A stretch of DNA of 64,000 nucleotides from a virus (lineage: Duplodnaviria; Caudoviricetes): positions 21,318 to 85,317 of the IMG/VR virus record IMGVR_UViG_2869455143_000004. One strand, given 5' to 3'. Under the pieces are notes generated by a model. It worked only from the letters and a program-made list of their open reading frames with translations, had not been told where the DNA came from and made no database searches. Both the position numbers and the translations under genes were made by a program. Positions 20,601 through 29,451 of the stretch are shown here, piece by piece. Each line of letters opens with the position of its first letter. The stretch's first letter is position 1.

Positions 20601-23600
20601 CCATAGAAGAGAACTCGGCACAGGCGCTCTATAACGCTATTGATATGGGCCGTACCGATCTTCTGAAAAGTAGCCATCGTGCTGAGCTGGCTAAGAACAA
20701 AATTAAGGACAAGGCCGCTGACACTGGCACAGCGAAAAAGCACCAGGTTCCGTACTTTGAGGACATGAATTTTGACAATGTGATCGCCGATGAGGGCCAC
20801 AACTACCGAAATTCACTGGCTGCTGGTCGAGAAACCGCGCAGTTGGCCTATTTGCCGAATCCTGCAGTCTCGCAAATCGCGCGCGACATGGCTGTGAAAA
20901 GCGCCTACCTGATGAAGAAATTCAACGGTCGCGGCGTAACCCTGTTAACAGCTACTCCACTGGTAAACAGCCCGTTAGATGCCTTCAACATGCTATCTCA
21001 CGTCGTGCCGGTTGAAGAGTGGAAAGCCATGGGGATATTAACCCCTGATGACTTTGTTCGCGTATTTGGCGAAACCGCTAATGTGGTGGTGCAGAAGATA
21101 TCCGGCGAGGTTGTTGATAAGCAGGGGCTGGTGGGCTTTAAGAACCTGGACGGCTTACGCGGTATTTTCCATCGCTGGACCACTCTCAAGACCGCTCAGG
21201 ACGTCAAGGAAAGCGTCAAAATCCCCGACCTGAACGAAATCAACGTAGACGTGCCGCTAACGCAAGAGCAGGTCGATATCTACGAGGAATTGCGCCAGCG
21301 CGCGGCGAAGATCGGGCAGAAAGACGTCATTGAACGCAATGAGGATGGCACGATTTCCATCACGGCGAACAAAAACGATGACTTTATTTTCTCGGTGATC
21401 CGCGACATGGATAAGCTGGTCATTGACCCTGATCTATATCGGTCGTCAATGACGTTTATCTTCCCCGAAGACCAACGCGAAAAGGTTATGGCTATTGCCG
21501 CCGGTCTTCCCGCTGCAGCTGGTGGGGTAGAGGCTGATGACGATGAGTCTGACACGGGCCTGGTGAGCACGTTATCCAGTAAGGTAGTCGAAACCAAAGT
21601 TAGTACCCGTGGGGATGCCGTCGAGCTGGTGGTTAGCGTAGACCTGGAAGCTGCAGTGCTTCAAGCCATTGCGAAGGCCGGGATCGACATGAAGACGGTC
21701 ACGCACCCGATCCCACCGAAATATGCCGCTCTGATTGCCAACCTTAAAGCCGGACTGGTTAACGGTAAGCAAATCATCTTCATGGATGAGAAAAGCCAGC
21801 ACGGTAAGCTACGCCGCATTTTGTCGAATGCGCTGGGTATGGATGAGAGTCAGATCGGGATCATCAATGCCACCAGCGTACAGCAGGCCACCGGCGTGAA
21901 GCTGAAAAAGGTTAAAAAGCCGGTCGAACCGACGGAAAAAGCCGACGGTACATACAAAGACGGTGCTTGGGAGAAATATTACAGCGAGCTGGCAAAATAT
22001 GAGGACTACATTTCCGCGCTGAATGATATGTCGCTCACCGGCATGGAAGGGATCGCCGCTGATTATAACGAAGGTCGAACGCCGATCGTCATCTGCAACA
22101 AAAAGGCTGAAGTAGGGATTAACCTTCACAAAGGTACCACGGATATTCATCATCTGACGCTACCATGGACCCCTGCCAGCATCAACCAGCGCAACGGGCG
22201 CGGCGCGCGCGTAGGTTCATCACAGGATAGCGTGAACGTCCATTACTACTGTGGCAAAGGTTCATTTGACGAATTCCGGTTAGGTACGCTGAAACGCAAG
22301 GGTAATTGGATTGGCGAAATCATGACGTCTGATGCCTCAACGCTCAAGAACGGCGACATGGATGAAAATGACGATATTCAGCTGCTGCTGGCGGCGAACC
22401 AGGATGAGCGTAAAGCGCGTCTTGAAGCGCAGCTTTCAGCCCGACGCGAAGCGGAACGCCGTAAGGCCGAAAAAGAAGCTGAGGTAGCGCTTGATGTGTA
22501 CCTGCGTTCGTCCATTGCGGCAAACGAAGATCCGACCGCGCTGGCTGACAATCTCAACGAACTGACTGCACAGCTTGGCACCCAGGAGGAAGCGGTAGAA
22601 GAGGCGCGCAACGAAGTTACGAAGGAGGAATCCGAATATAACAGCTGGGCGGAGATCCACGGTAAGCGAAGCGCTGATGTTTATCACGGTTCGTCACGAC
22701 GCAATGCCCGGACCATGTTGAAATATCAGATTGAGAAACTAACCGACCTGAAAGGCCAGGTTAAAACAGCCCGTAATACCCTAACGCGCAATAAAAACGC
22801 CGCCACCATGCTAAAGCGCGCCAAAGGCGATCTGGAGCGTAGCATTGCTGCAGGTGTGATCGATATTGACCCGGATGTATTGCTGAATCCGTCTAATTAC
22901 ATGAAAACGAATAGCGGTCGAGTGTTAAAAACCGACGCTTATTACACCATCAATACTGATACCTCACAGCAAGTGATTGTGCGCATTACTCGCCTGTTAC
23001 CGGAAAAACAGACGGTAGAAACTGAAATCACTTACACCTCCGTTTATCCGTACTCCACGTATCGCATCGGATCGAAGAGAGAAATGCCGGTGAGCGATAT
23101 TATCAACCAGGTTGATGTTTCACTGGATACGGTAGAGGCAAGACGTCGGGCAGCTGAAGGCCTCACACCAGACAAGGTTGCCAGTGTCCTTACCCGTGCG
23201 CAGTTTTACGATGCGGTGACGGAGAACGTCTTACGCGTGAGGGATGATTACTGGATGGCATACAATGACGGCAAACTTGAGCTGGTCTATATCTTGCGTG
23301 GAGCCTTGCCGGATGATATCGCGCCAACGTCTTATGTTTACCCGGACAGTAGTGATGATGGCCTAAAACGTGCTCTGTTTGCATACAGCCGTAGCGGTTC
23401 GAGCATGTACTCGGCAAGACTCTTTTTCATTGCTGTATTTGGGGAAAACTACACCGCCGAGCTGGAGGCCTTTGGCGAGCAGGGGACCGTAGAGGATGTA
23501 TTACCGGTGCTCAATGAATCAATCGCTAAGGCTGAGGCCATGTATAACGATTCATTGGCTGGGGCGTCGGATAGCGACATTCGCGCCCAGTTTAACGGTA

Positions 23601-24496
23601 ACTATGAGTCTGTTAGGGCTATGTGGAAACACCGCATTTCAACGTCATCCCTGTCACAGCTACACGAGCGATTCTCAAATAAGAGCCAGCTGGAAAACCT
23701 GTTCCAGAAACTGCGTGATGAGCGCCTGGTGGCAAAGCTACAGGTCATGAAAGATGGCAATGAAAAGTTGGCGCAAAAACTGTATGAGCAATACTCCCGC
23801 CTTAGTGGTGTGCGGTCGCTGAAGGTGATCCGCGATCTGGTTGACTCATCCACTGCCGACTTAATTAAACAGGTGAATAGCCATGATTCGCTGCTGACGT
23901 CTTCCCTCGCTGATTACCTGATGGCTGGGGTGCTGGTGGGTGCATACTCCGAAAGCCGTATATCGGTAGAGGATTTCCGCAGCGTTGATCTGGTGCGCCG
24001 TCACATTGACCTAATTAAATATAAATTACAGGAAATTAAGCACGGGGGGGGTAAACAATTTGCTTCATCATGGGAAGAATATCTCTCTATGATGGCTGGG
24101 GAAAAAACTGCTGAAGAGATTGAAGCCGAAAAGCAGGAGCGAGAGGCAAAACAAGCGGAAGCAACAGAGTTTACCCAAGAGCAAACTGACGAGAAAGAAT
24201 TAGGCTTCAGCATTCAGCAAAACTCACTGAATCTTGAGGGAAGGCGTGTCTGGCGTCGTAGAACGTTCAAGCTCAGCTATCCGGCTGGTGGTGCGTACGT
24301 TCTGTGTGATACGTCGGGACGGGCCACGCTCAAGAAAAAATCCGTGCGGGAAATGCTTAAAGAGAAATATGGTGCGACGTTCTGGAATTTTGAAGACGAT
24401 CCGGTTGAAGGTAACGAGTTTACCCAGCCAGCATGGGTTGTCTCTAGCCGGTACGACAAAGCCGAAATCCAAGCCAGCATTCAGGCCATCATTTAA
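17654..24496 (+). CDS. darB: DarB: N6-adenine methyltransferase plus SNF2/helicase antirestriction protein
   Basis: 2280 aa. LEPSAGTG and VGNVPFG methyltransferase motifs; GTGLGKT, DEGH and QRNGRG.R helicase motifs. Confidence 0.95.
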   Translation: MTNQLSEAIGGASTLSELITAILRARKVRSVVQFGIEKESGVSIQRARRQANNDAMRLLNELPQNFNGNNLSAEQREILAGYTGEGGLTDGGSQYEYYTPQFMAEGVWDLLADYGVTSGHVLEPSAGTGIFQETKPAGAIMTAAEISLVSGRINQLLHPEDSVQLGAFETLAAKVPDDTYDHAVGNVPFGESRTGYAELDPAYKNETNVGHYFILRTIDKVKPGGLIVLVVPNGMTDGGGTNKKLRDRVSRKAEFLGAHRMPSGTFAESGTSTVVDVWVLRKHTKPLAEIVNDATDKMLTGANVLWPVFIKGKWFLSPEGKRFVHGETERSSFNNILTVKKDGQLTNAAMKQALSRRFDSRIDWSMLTIEQDLYQGAVEGDKRLVGDIWHTFDGDKWIRDTTTNHAAIDAARFGVATFGDLQTRCRSLQGLLSLTASQIAAVMDVYPSLLSDRQKGIVSFALRQKASQRERVMRGGLIGLTINDAQDMIAQGRDAGSLLVDAARITAEEVARNGSPNGLRLSGLSDSTAKAWLTFQANVTREGQLSDLLTGNMNETELKTLDTANPEQVVSHLFSQIDLIPVTLEQFREVCTAKLPESDDALLAYLAGFPEIALDGYGNMLPMSRATSGNVRGKINHLAGLVNEYPDGPEKQNFVRQMELINARRKAAPIDKIKVNLNARWLDRRLIKEFLAEQGYDAFRYTKDLEVENGYLVSADDYEGKDGIFTGYQLRTVTSNSGVTEFKKANNSDGFLNQLENYLNGVKPRGPKAGEYLSRIAKLEGSFNDWLRSHPDVEGVVNDYNDAFNNYIPFEHSSESLHLEGLSGKRIPLSYQNSEVRRLSEDGRGIMGFGTGLGKTTTALALEAFNYQHGRSKRTVFVVPKAVYHNWYHEARDFYSPEVFAQMLFVGIDEVRGEDGEIQTSQVRNENNEPMTDRDGNPIMRNVIKDADSATILERMNRIPASNYRSVIMTKEQFGMIPLREETIEENSAQALYNAIDMGRTDLLKSSHRAELAKNKIKDKAADTGTAKKHQVPYFEDMNFDNVIADEGHNYRNSLAAGRETAQLAYLPNPAVSQIARDMAVKSAYLMKKFNGRGVTLLTATPLVNSPLDAFNMLSHVVPVEEWKAMGILTPDDFVRVFGETANVVVQKISGEVVDKQGLVGFKNLDGLRGIFHRWTTLKTAQDVKESVKIPDLNEINVDVPLTQEQVDIYEELRQRAAKIGQKDVIERNEDGTISITANKNDDFIFSVIRDMDKLVIDPDLYRSSMTFIFPEDQREKVMAIAAGLPAAAGGVEADDDESDTGLVSTLSSKVVETKVSTRGDAVELVVSVDLEAAVLQAIAKAGIDMKTVTHPIPPKYAALIANLKAGLVNGKQIIFMDEKSQHGKLRRILSNALGMDESQIGIINATSVQQATGVKLKKVKKPVEPTEKADGTYKDGAWEKYYSELAKYEDYISALNDMSLTGMEGIAADYNEGRTPIVICNKKAEVGINLHKGTTDIHHLTLPWTPASINQRNGRGARVGSSQDSVNVHYYCGKGSFDEFRLGTLKRKGNWIGEIMTSDASTLKNGDMDENDDIQLLLAANQDERKARLEAQLSARREAERRKAEKEAEVALDVYLRSSIAANEDPTALADNLNELTAQLGTQEEAVEEARNEVTKEESEYNSWAEIHGKRSADVYHGSSRRNARTMLKYQIEKLTDLKGQVKTARNTLTRNKNAATMLKRAKGDLERSIAAGVIDIDPDVLLNPSNYMKTNSGRVLKTDAYYTINTDTSQQVIVRITRLLPEKQTVETEITYTSVYPYSTYRIGSKREMPVSDIINQVDVSLDTVEARRRAAEGLTPDKVASVLTRAQFYDAVTENVLRVRDDYWMAYNDGKLELVYILRGALPDDIAPTSYVYPDSSDDGLKRALFAYSRSGSSMYSARLFFIAVFGENYTAELEAFGEQGTVEDVLPVLNESIAKAEAMYNDSLAGASDSDIRAQFNGNYESVRAMWKHRISTSSLSQLHERFSNKSQLENLFQKLRDERLVAKLQVMKDGNEKLAQKLYEQYSRLSGVRSLKVIRDLVDSSTADLIKQVNSHDSLLTSSLADYLMAGVLVGAYSESRISVEDFRSVDLVRRHIDLIKYKLQEIKHGGGKQFASSWEEYLSMMAGEKTAEEIEAEKQEREAKQAEATEFTQEQTDEKELGFSIQQNSLNLEGRRVWRRRTFKLSYPAGGAYVLCDTSGRATLKKKSVREMLKEKYGATFWNFEDDPVEGNEFTQPAWVVSSRYDKAEIQASIQAII

Positions 24497-24534
24497 TTTT
24501 TATGGAGAGGCCCAGGTTACTGGGCCAAAAAGAA

Positions 24535-24972
24535 ATGACGACGTTAATCGACACCATTAAGCCGACAGAAGAGTACATAGAGTCAGTATTGCAGGAGCAT
24601 GCCCTGTCAGGACGCAGCGAAGAAGAGTTTACCGCCGCATATCTGAAGGGGCTGGTGGAGCGCCTGAAAGCAGATGTTAAAACATACCGATCGTTTGGCC
24701 CATGGTGGCCTTCTCTCAAGGTCTTGCTATTGAAAGATGGCCATACTGACTTTGGGCAAGTCGTTGATGGGGATGTGGCGGCGATTTACACCATGAGTCG
24801 CCCAGCTCTGACGCTGGTGGCGGCACACCTTTATGCTCAAGAAGTGCTGGAGTCTGGTAATATTCACAGTGCTGTTCATTTTCTCAGTGTTATGCCGTCG
24901 GCGGATGATACTGAGCCATACCAATACACCAGCTACGACGAGTCCATCGAAAAATTCAAACTGACCAGATAA
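24535..24972 (+). CDS. ulx: Ulx-like protein
   Basis: 145 aa directly after darB; YRSFGPWWP motif; P1 synteny. Confidence 0.7.
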   Translation: MTTLIDTIKPTEEYIESVLQEHALSGRSEEEFTAAYLKGLVERLKADVKTYRSFGPWWPSLKVLLLKDGHTDFGQVVDGDVAAIYTMSRPALTLVAAHLYAQEVLESGNIHSAVHFLSVMPSADDTEPYQYTSYDESIEKFKLTR

Positions 24973-24982
24973 AGGAGCATAC

Positions 24983-25252
24983 ATGTCAAAAGTCAGACCC
25001 CAAACTGAACGCCGGTTTTACACTTCGGACCAGTTGCGGGAAAAGGCTGCAGCAATGGGTTGTTGCTTACGATTTGCGCGGTCACAGGGGGTTTTCGAGT
25101 TGACGATTGATAATCAGCAGGAAAAAAACTGGACGTGGGTAATGCGTCCTGGAAGCAATGAGCGGGTACGGCTGGTGCGAGAGTTGACGCGGGATGAGTG
25201 GGATCTTGCGCTCGCGAACGCACGGGAAACACTTCTTAGTTTTTCAATCTGA
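24983..25252 (+). CDS. lxc: Lxc-like modulator of C1 repression
   Basis: 89 aa after ulx. RRFYT and RELTRDEWD..L.NA weakly match P1 Lxc. Confidence 0.5.
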   Translation: MSKVRPQTERRFYTSDQLREKAAAMGCCLRFARSQGVFELTIDNQQEKNWTWVMRPGSNERVRLVRELTRDEWDLALANARETLLSFSI

Positions 25253-25294
25253 AGTTTTCTAACAGAAAAATACCTTGCTTTAAATATATTAAAG

Positions 25295-25305
25295 CCTTAG
25301 ATTTT
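25295..25305. promoter_or_regulatory. Putative C1 operator
   Basis: CCTTAGATTTT in an AT-rich intergenic region. Confidence 0.5.
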
Positions 25306-25403
25306 AATGGAGCAAAAGAAAAGCCCGGCATAGCCGGGCCTCACATTCACCTGTAGGTTTTCGCCGTCAAACTTAGGCCTACAGAGAACAACGGGACTAT
25401 ATC

Positions 25404-25571
25404 ATGAAAACTTACGCGCAACGCGATTTTGTAAACCACCCTCAGCTTTCTGCGAAAAAAAACGACGTTTCCTCTCTGGAAAAGACCCTCATCGTATGGG
25501 GCGCACTGCTTCTTTCAACCTTCGGCGCGGCCTGGATCTTGAGTCTTATCTACCAATTCGCGATCCGTTGA
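25404..25571 (+). CDS. Small membrane protein (55 aa, not in the ORF track)
   Basis: MKTYAQRDFVNHPQLSAKKNDVSSLEKTLIVWGALLLSTFGAAWILSLIYQFAIR, with one C-terminal hydrophobic helix. GGGA lies upstream and hairpin terminators downstream. Confidence 0.55.
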   Translation: MKTYAQRDFVNHPQLSAKKNDVSSLEKTLIVWGALLLSTFGAAWILSLIYQFAIR

Positions 25572-25780
25572 ACAATCTAACCTAAGCCCACGCGACAACC
25601 GAACAATATCATCGGTTTTTGCATTCTCTTCGGCGTTTACATAGCTAACAGCCATAAGCTTGGCTGTTGCTATTGTGTTTTTTTTGAAACGCCGTGAGAA
25701 TAAATGTAATTATTCATTATCTCTTAGATAGCTTGATATCTTTCGGGGTGTGATACTTCATTAAGCTTCATGGAAAGGGT

Positions 25781-26338
25781 ATGCGATTTTCATCGGAATG
25801 GCTTGAAGGATACAAAAAGAAGCGTCCAGTTCGCGCCGCCTCTTCTGACTCAGACTGGTTAAAAACAGTTGTTAAGGTTTCAGTTCACGCAGCAGCACTC
25901 GCGGCCCTGATAAAAAAACCAGAGCTGCTTAAAGGCAACCAGGAACACTACGATCAAGTACAAGTTTTTGATCGCATAGAACGGAAACACCCCGATCTCT
26001 ACTCACTTCTTCATGCGACTCCGAACGGCGGATATCGCACCAAAAAAAGCGCGGCGCAAATGCCAGCGGAAGGGCAGAAAAAAGGCTATCCAGATATGTC
26101 TCTTGATAAGCCAGCCGGTATTTATCACGGGATGCGAGTAGAGCTAAAACACGGGAAGAAAAAGCCAACAAAAGAGCAGATTGAATGGCTCAATTTGCTG
26201 ACAGATCAAGGCTACTACTGCATCCTGGCATTCACACCGGATGAAGCCGTCGCGGAGATGGTGGCTTACTCACAGCTTGCCGCCGGTGAATCGATGCCAG
26301 AGCACCCAAATAACAGCTACTGGAGGGCGGCGGCTTAA
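25781..26338 (+). CDS. VRR-NUC domain nuclease
   Basis: HATPNGG, G.PD and VELK...KKPT.EQ..W (PD-(D/E)xK VRR-NUC pattern). Confidence 0.85.
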   Translation: MRFSSEWLEGYKKKRPVRAASSDSDWLKTVVKVSVHAAALAALIKKPELLKGNQEHYDQVQVFDRIERKHPDLYSLLHATPNGGYRTKKSAAQMPAEGQKKGYPDMSLDKPAGIYHGMRVELKHGKKKPTKEQIEWLNLLTDQGYYCILAFTPDEAVAEMVAYSQLAAGESMPEHPNNSYWRAAA

Positions 26339-26427
26339 ACGTAAGGCGATGATAGTGAAGTCAGATGTGCTGGTGGCGCGTTGCCAGCAGTTTTTTTTAC
26401 ATAGCATGGGTAGAGGATCGGGGTTAC

Positions 26428-26634
26428 ATGGACATTAATTACGTATACAACACACTCGAAAATAACCCCGAAATGATAGGCCAACGGGAAGGCTCTGCCG
26501 ATTTTGTAACGTATGAGCCAGATGAATCTGAGGAAGGGGGAGTGTTCGTAGTCAATGATATGAAGGGAGGGATGGCACCGTTTGAGCCGTCTTTAGATGA
26601 TTTGCTTGCTGATAACTGGGTGTGTCATGCGTAA
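26428..26634 (+). CDS. Small acidic protein with a DUF2829/Tad2-like C-terminal motif
   Basis: 68 aa ending FEPSLDDLLADNW. Confidence 0.55.
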   Translation: MDINYVYNTLENNPEMIGQREGSADFVTYEPDESEEGGVFVVNDMKGGMAPFEPSLDDLLADNWVCHA

Positions 26635-26917
26635 ACACTACTACAACCTGTCATTTGTCGGAGAAAAGGGGCATTTCAGGAGTGCGGTACTCGCATTGGA
26701 TTATGACGTAGTGACCATACCTGATATCAGTTTAGCCAAACAGTCATTGGACATGGATGAGTCCACTGGCCTGATCTCAGTAAGCTATCTTGGCCTCATG
26801 ACTGAGAACGAATACTTTCATGGGCTGGGGAAAGGTAGGGTATGGCGTAGATGGCTAAACGTCGCTGCATGGTTCGTACCGTTCCTGGTATTAGGTCTGG
26901 TGCTATTACTACAGTGA
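26627..26917 (+). CDS. Hypothetical protein with C-terminal TM helix
   Basis: 96 aa, VSYLGLMT motif, hydrophobic tail; overlaps the previous stop codon. Confidence 0.6.
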   Translation: MRKHYYNLSFVGEKGHFRSAVLALDYDVVTIPDISLAKQSLDMDESTGLISVSYLGLMTENEYFHGLGKGRVWRRWLNVAAWFVPFLVLGLVLLLQ

Positions 26918-27042
26918 TATGCGCATTAAGGGCTGCAGTGCGGCCCTTTTTTATGTCCGTTATCAATAGACTATTAGGAAATTACAGATTATTATTCGCC
27001 TTGTTAAATACCATAAATTCTAACAAGGAATCTTAGAGAAAA

Positions 27043-28344
27043 ATGTCTAATGCCGCAGAACAACTCACCACTCCTACCCGCATCACCGATGAGGTTCTTC
27101 ACCTTTCCTTTGTCGGCGTCTATAACCAACTGAATCTGACATTACGCCGTATCAGCGGTGACGACCTCGACCGGCGCGCGCTGGAAACCAGTATAAGCAT
27201 GATCGAGCAGCTGCAGAGTGACGTTAATACGCGCCTGGATGATGAAACCAACGACTGTAACGCACTCATTGAACAGCTTGAGACAACGAAAAACCAACTA
27301 CTGGAGATGAACCTGTACAAAGTAGGTGTGCAGGAAGAGGCACAGGCGAAAGAAGACGAGCTGGAAGGGTTACGTCATGACGCCAAAATGAAGGCGCTTG
27401 AGCTGGAAAACTCAATTATTAATTTGCAGAGCCAGATTGAGTCATCAGCACAGGAATTAACAACGATGCAGCTGGCCTACAATTCATTGAAAGCGTCCTT
27501 TGATACCTATAAGCGCTTACATCCTGAATCTCTTCTCCGTGAGCGTGACGATCTGACAAAGCAAGTCTCCAGGTTGCGAGCAGAGCGCAAAGACACAAAT
27601 AAGAGACTTCAAACCATGCAGGGCAAGCTCAATATCGCCGATAAAGAGGTCGCTACAGCCCGTTCGAACCTGATCACCAAACGTCAGGATTTGGACCGGC
27701 TTAATGCTTTGTACGAGAACCTTAGAAAGCGGGTGGATTTTCACGACGGTCGCGAACAAGTGAAACTTCATACTGTCGTTACTGAGCAAGGGACTGAGCT
27801 TAACCTGTATATCTACAACTTCCACTTTGGGTTATTGGCGCGCAATAGCTACATTAAGGGGCATGTGATTGAGCTGGCTGATTTCCATTTCCAGATCCGC
27901 ACAGCCATGTTGGTAGCGATGGACGTGGTGCCTGGTGTGTGGGGCAATCCGATTTACGAACGTCTGAGCGTATTTAAAAATGCCTGGAACCCAGCGATAG
28001 ACGAAGAATTACACCAGCGGATCATGACCCGGTTAGAAATGGACTTCCCGAAAATCCACAAGCGCGCGCTGGATGCTATCGCAGCTGGCATTGATGAGTT
28101 GACGTTACCGGCTAAAGTGCTCTCTACCCTGAAATGTGCGGGATTTAAGAACGTTCAAGCCATTGCATCCGTGTTACCTTTTGAGCTGGTGGATATTAAG
28201 GGGATTGGAGAGCAGACCGCTACGGAAATCACTAACGCGATAAACAGCTGGGCTATACGCTGGGCGCGCGAGAACGGCGACATTGAAGCGTATAAATCGA
28301 ATGTGATCAGCAGCGCTAAACCAGTAAAAAACAAACGTAAATAA
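27043..28344 (+). CDS. Long coiled-coil protein with a C-terminal HhH domain (RpoA-CTD/NusA/Rad51-N-like); possibly PdcB-like by synteny
   Basis: Heptad-rich residues about 40-235; IDELTLPAKVLSTLKCAGF...ELVDIKGIGEQTA. Confidence 0.65.
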   Translation: MSNAAEQLTTPTRITDEVLHLSFVGVYNQLNLTLRRISGDDLDRRALETSISMIEQLQSDVNTRLDDETNDCNALIEQLETTKNQLLEMNLYKVGVQEEAQAKEDELEGLRHDAKMKALELENSIINLQSQIESSAQELTTMQLAYNSLKASFDTYKRLHPESLLRERDDLTKQVSRLRAERKDTNKRLQTMQGKLNIADKEVATARSNLITKRQDLDRLNALYENLRKRVDFHDGREQVKLHTVVTEQGTELNLYIYNFHFGLLARNSYIKGHVIELADFHFQIRTAMLVAMDVVPGVWGNPIYERLSVFKNAWNPAIDEELHQRIMTRLEMDFPKIHKRALDAIAAGIDELTLPAKVLSTLKCAGFKNVQAIASVLPFELVDIKGIGEQTATEITNAINSWAIRWARENGDIEAYKSNVISSAKPVKNKRK

Positions 28345-28351
28345 ATTAAAT

Positions 28352-28362
28352 CCTTAGAATTA
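28352..28362. promoter_or_regulatory. Putative C1 operator
   Basis: CCTTAGAATTA. Confidence 0.65.
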
Positions 28363-28531
28363 GCTTGATAATAAATGGAGCTGTACGTAAAGTACGAGGC
28401 GACATTACGACATTAATTCCTTTGCAAACGGGCTGACCATTTAATCAGCCCTTTTTTTTATCCATTTTTCTCCAAAACGTATCAGGCGCACTCAAAATTT
28501 GAGGGTACGTGATTACCTATGCTTATATTTT

Positions 28532-28542
28532 CCTTAGAATTA
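28532..28542. promoter_or_regulatory. Putative C1 operator (upstream of lpa-like gene)
   Basis: CCTTAGAATTA. Confidence 0.65.
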
Positions 28543-28569
28543 ACGGTAATGTTAAGCGGAGGAAATGGA

Positions 28570-28980
28570 ATGTCTGAACGTATAACCAGTGTCGAAGTAG
28601 CCGCAGTTATGCTGAAGTGCGGTCGTTACATGACGATTTCTGAAATCATGGCGGCACTCACCGAAGCCTATCCCGAGCTTGAGAACGGGCATACATCAGT
28701 CACGAACATCGTGCGTACCTTCATGAAATCCCCGTCTGCCAGCTGCTTCTCTTTCCCCGGCGCATATCCTCGCATGTATCTGCTTACGTCGGTTTCAGGT
28801 TATCTATTCAAGATCAGAGGTAACAGGCAGGTTTGCTACGACGATTTGCCGTTTCATAGTGGGAGTAAGAAGGATCTGGAGTTAGAGAATAAAAAAAGCC
28901 AGGAGGTTTCCCGGCTGGCTTTTAACTTATTCAACAGCATTTGCCGTGAGCGGATCGCATCAGGTATTACTATCGTCTGA
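28570..28980 (+). CDS. lpa: Late promoter activator Lpa-like (winged HTH)
   Basis: 136 aa with a wHTH-like N-terminus (MTISEIMAALTEAYP...FMKSP). Operator-controlled and upstream of pacA, where P1 has lpa. Confidence 0.5.
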   Translation: MSERITSVEVAAVMLKCGRYMTISEIMAALTEAYPELENGHTSVTNIVRTFMKSPSASCFSFPGAYPRMYLLTSVSGYLFKIRGNRQVCYDDLPFHSGSKKDLELENKKSQEVSRLAFNLFNSICRERIASGITIV

Positions 28981-29451
28981 AGGACGGCTAAGCCTTGCTA
29001 TTGGGCGTGATACACGTTCACTCTCCACCTGGTAGGGCTTAGTGCCAGGAGTGCTGCTTTCCACTGGTTTAACAGACGTTGCATCATTCGGTAGTGGAGC
29101 TGGCTCAGACACCTTGCCCGGTACCAAAGCCTCAGACTCAACTGGGGCAGCTTGTCTGTTTTGTTTCTTTGGCTGGTGGTCAGCCGCAACCATTCCCATC
29201 AATGACATAGCCATACTGATAAAGCGCTCAGCGCGTTCGCTTTCCGGCAATGCCATCAGATCCTGACGTTCCATTAGTGCAACCAGAGCGCCCAGCCCCA
29301 TTTTCTCCAGTGCATAACCGTAACGCAGACAATCCAGCATCAGCCGACGTTTAGCGGCGTTACTCTGCAGACCGTTGTATTCATTTGCCAGCGCGTCAGT
29401 TAAGGGGCTGTACTCAGCCAGCCCGGTAATCTTGATGGTTTGTTTTGTCAT
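28960..29451 (-). CDS. parR: ParR/StbB-like adaptor of a type II partition system
   Basis: RHH-like N-terminus (AKRRLMLDCLRYG), disordered C-terminus; translationally coupled to parM. Confidence 0.7.
   Translation of the reverse strand: MTKQTIKITGLAEYSPLTDALANEYNGLQSNAAKRRLMLDCLRYGYALEKMGLGALVALMERQDLMALPESERAERFISMAMSLMGMVAADHQPKKQNRQAAPVESEALVPGKVSEPAPLPNDATSVKPVESSTPGTKPYQVESERVSRPIARLSRPSDDSNT

Noticed and set aside
17114-24560. Numerous 60-180 aa antisense or alternate-frame ORFs inside prt and darB (and other long genes)
   Set aside because: They are fully nested in long, motif-validated genes and lack RBSs or family signatures; treated as shadow ORFs.
6482-24972. Giant DarB, DdrB metallopeptidase/ParB fusion and the Dar operon as new defence genes
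   Set aside because: These are the described P1 Dar antirestriction components, in the expected synteny.
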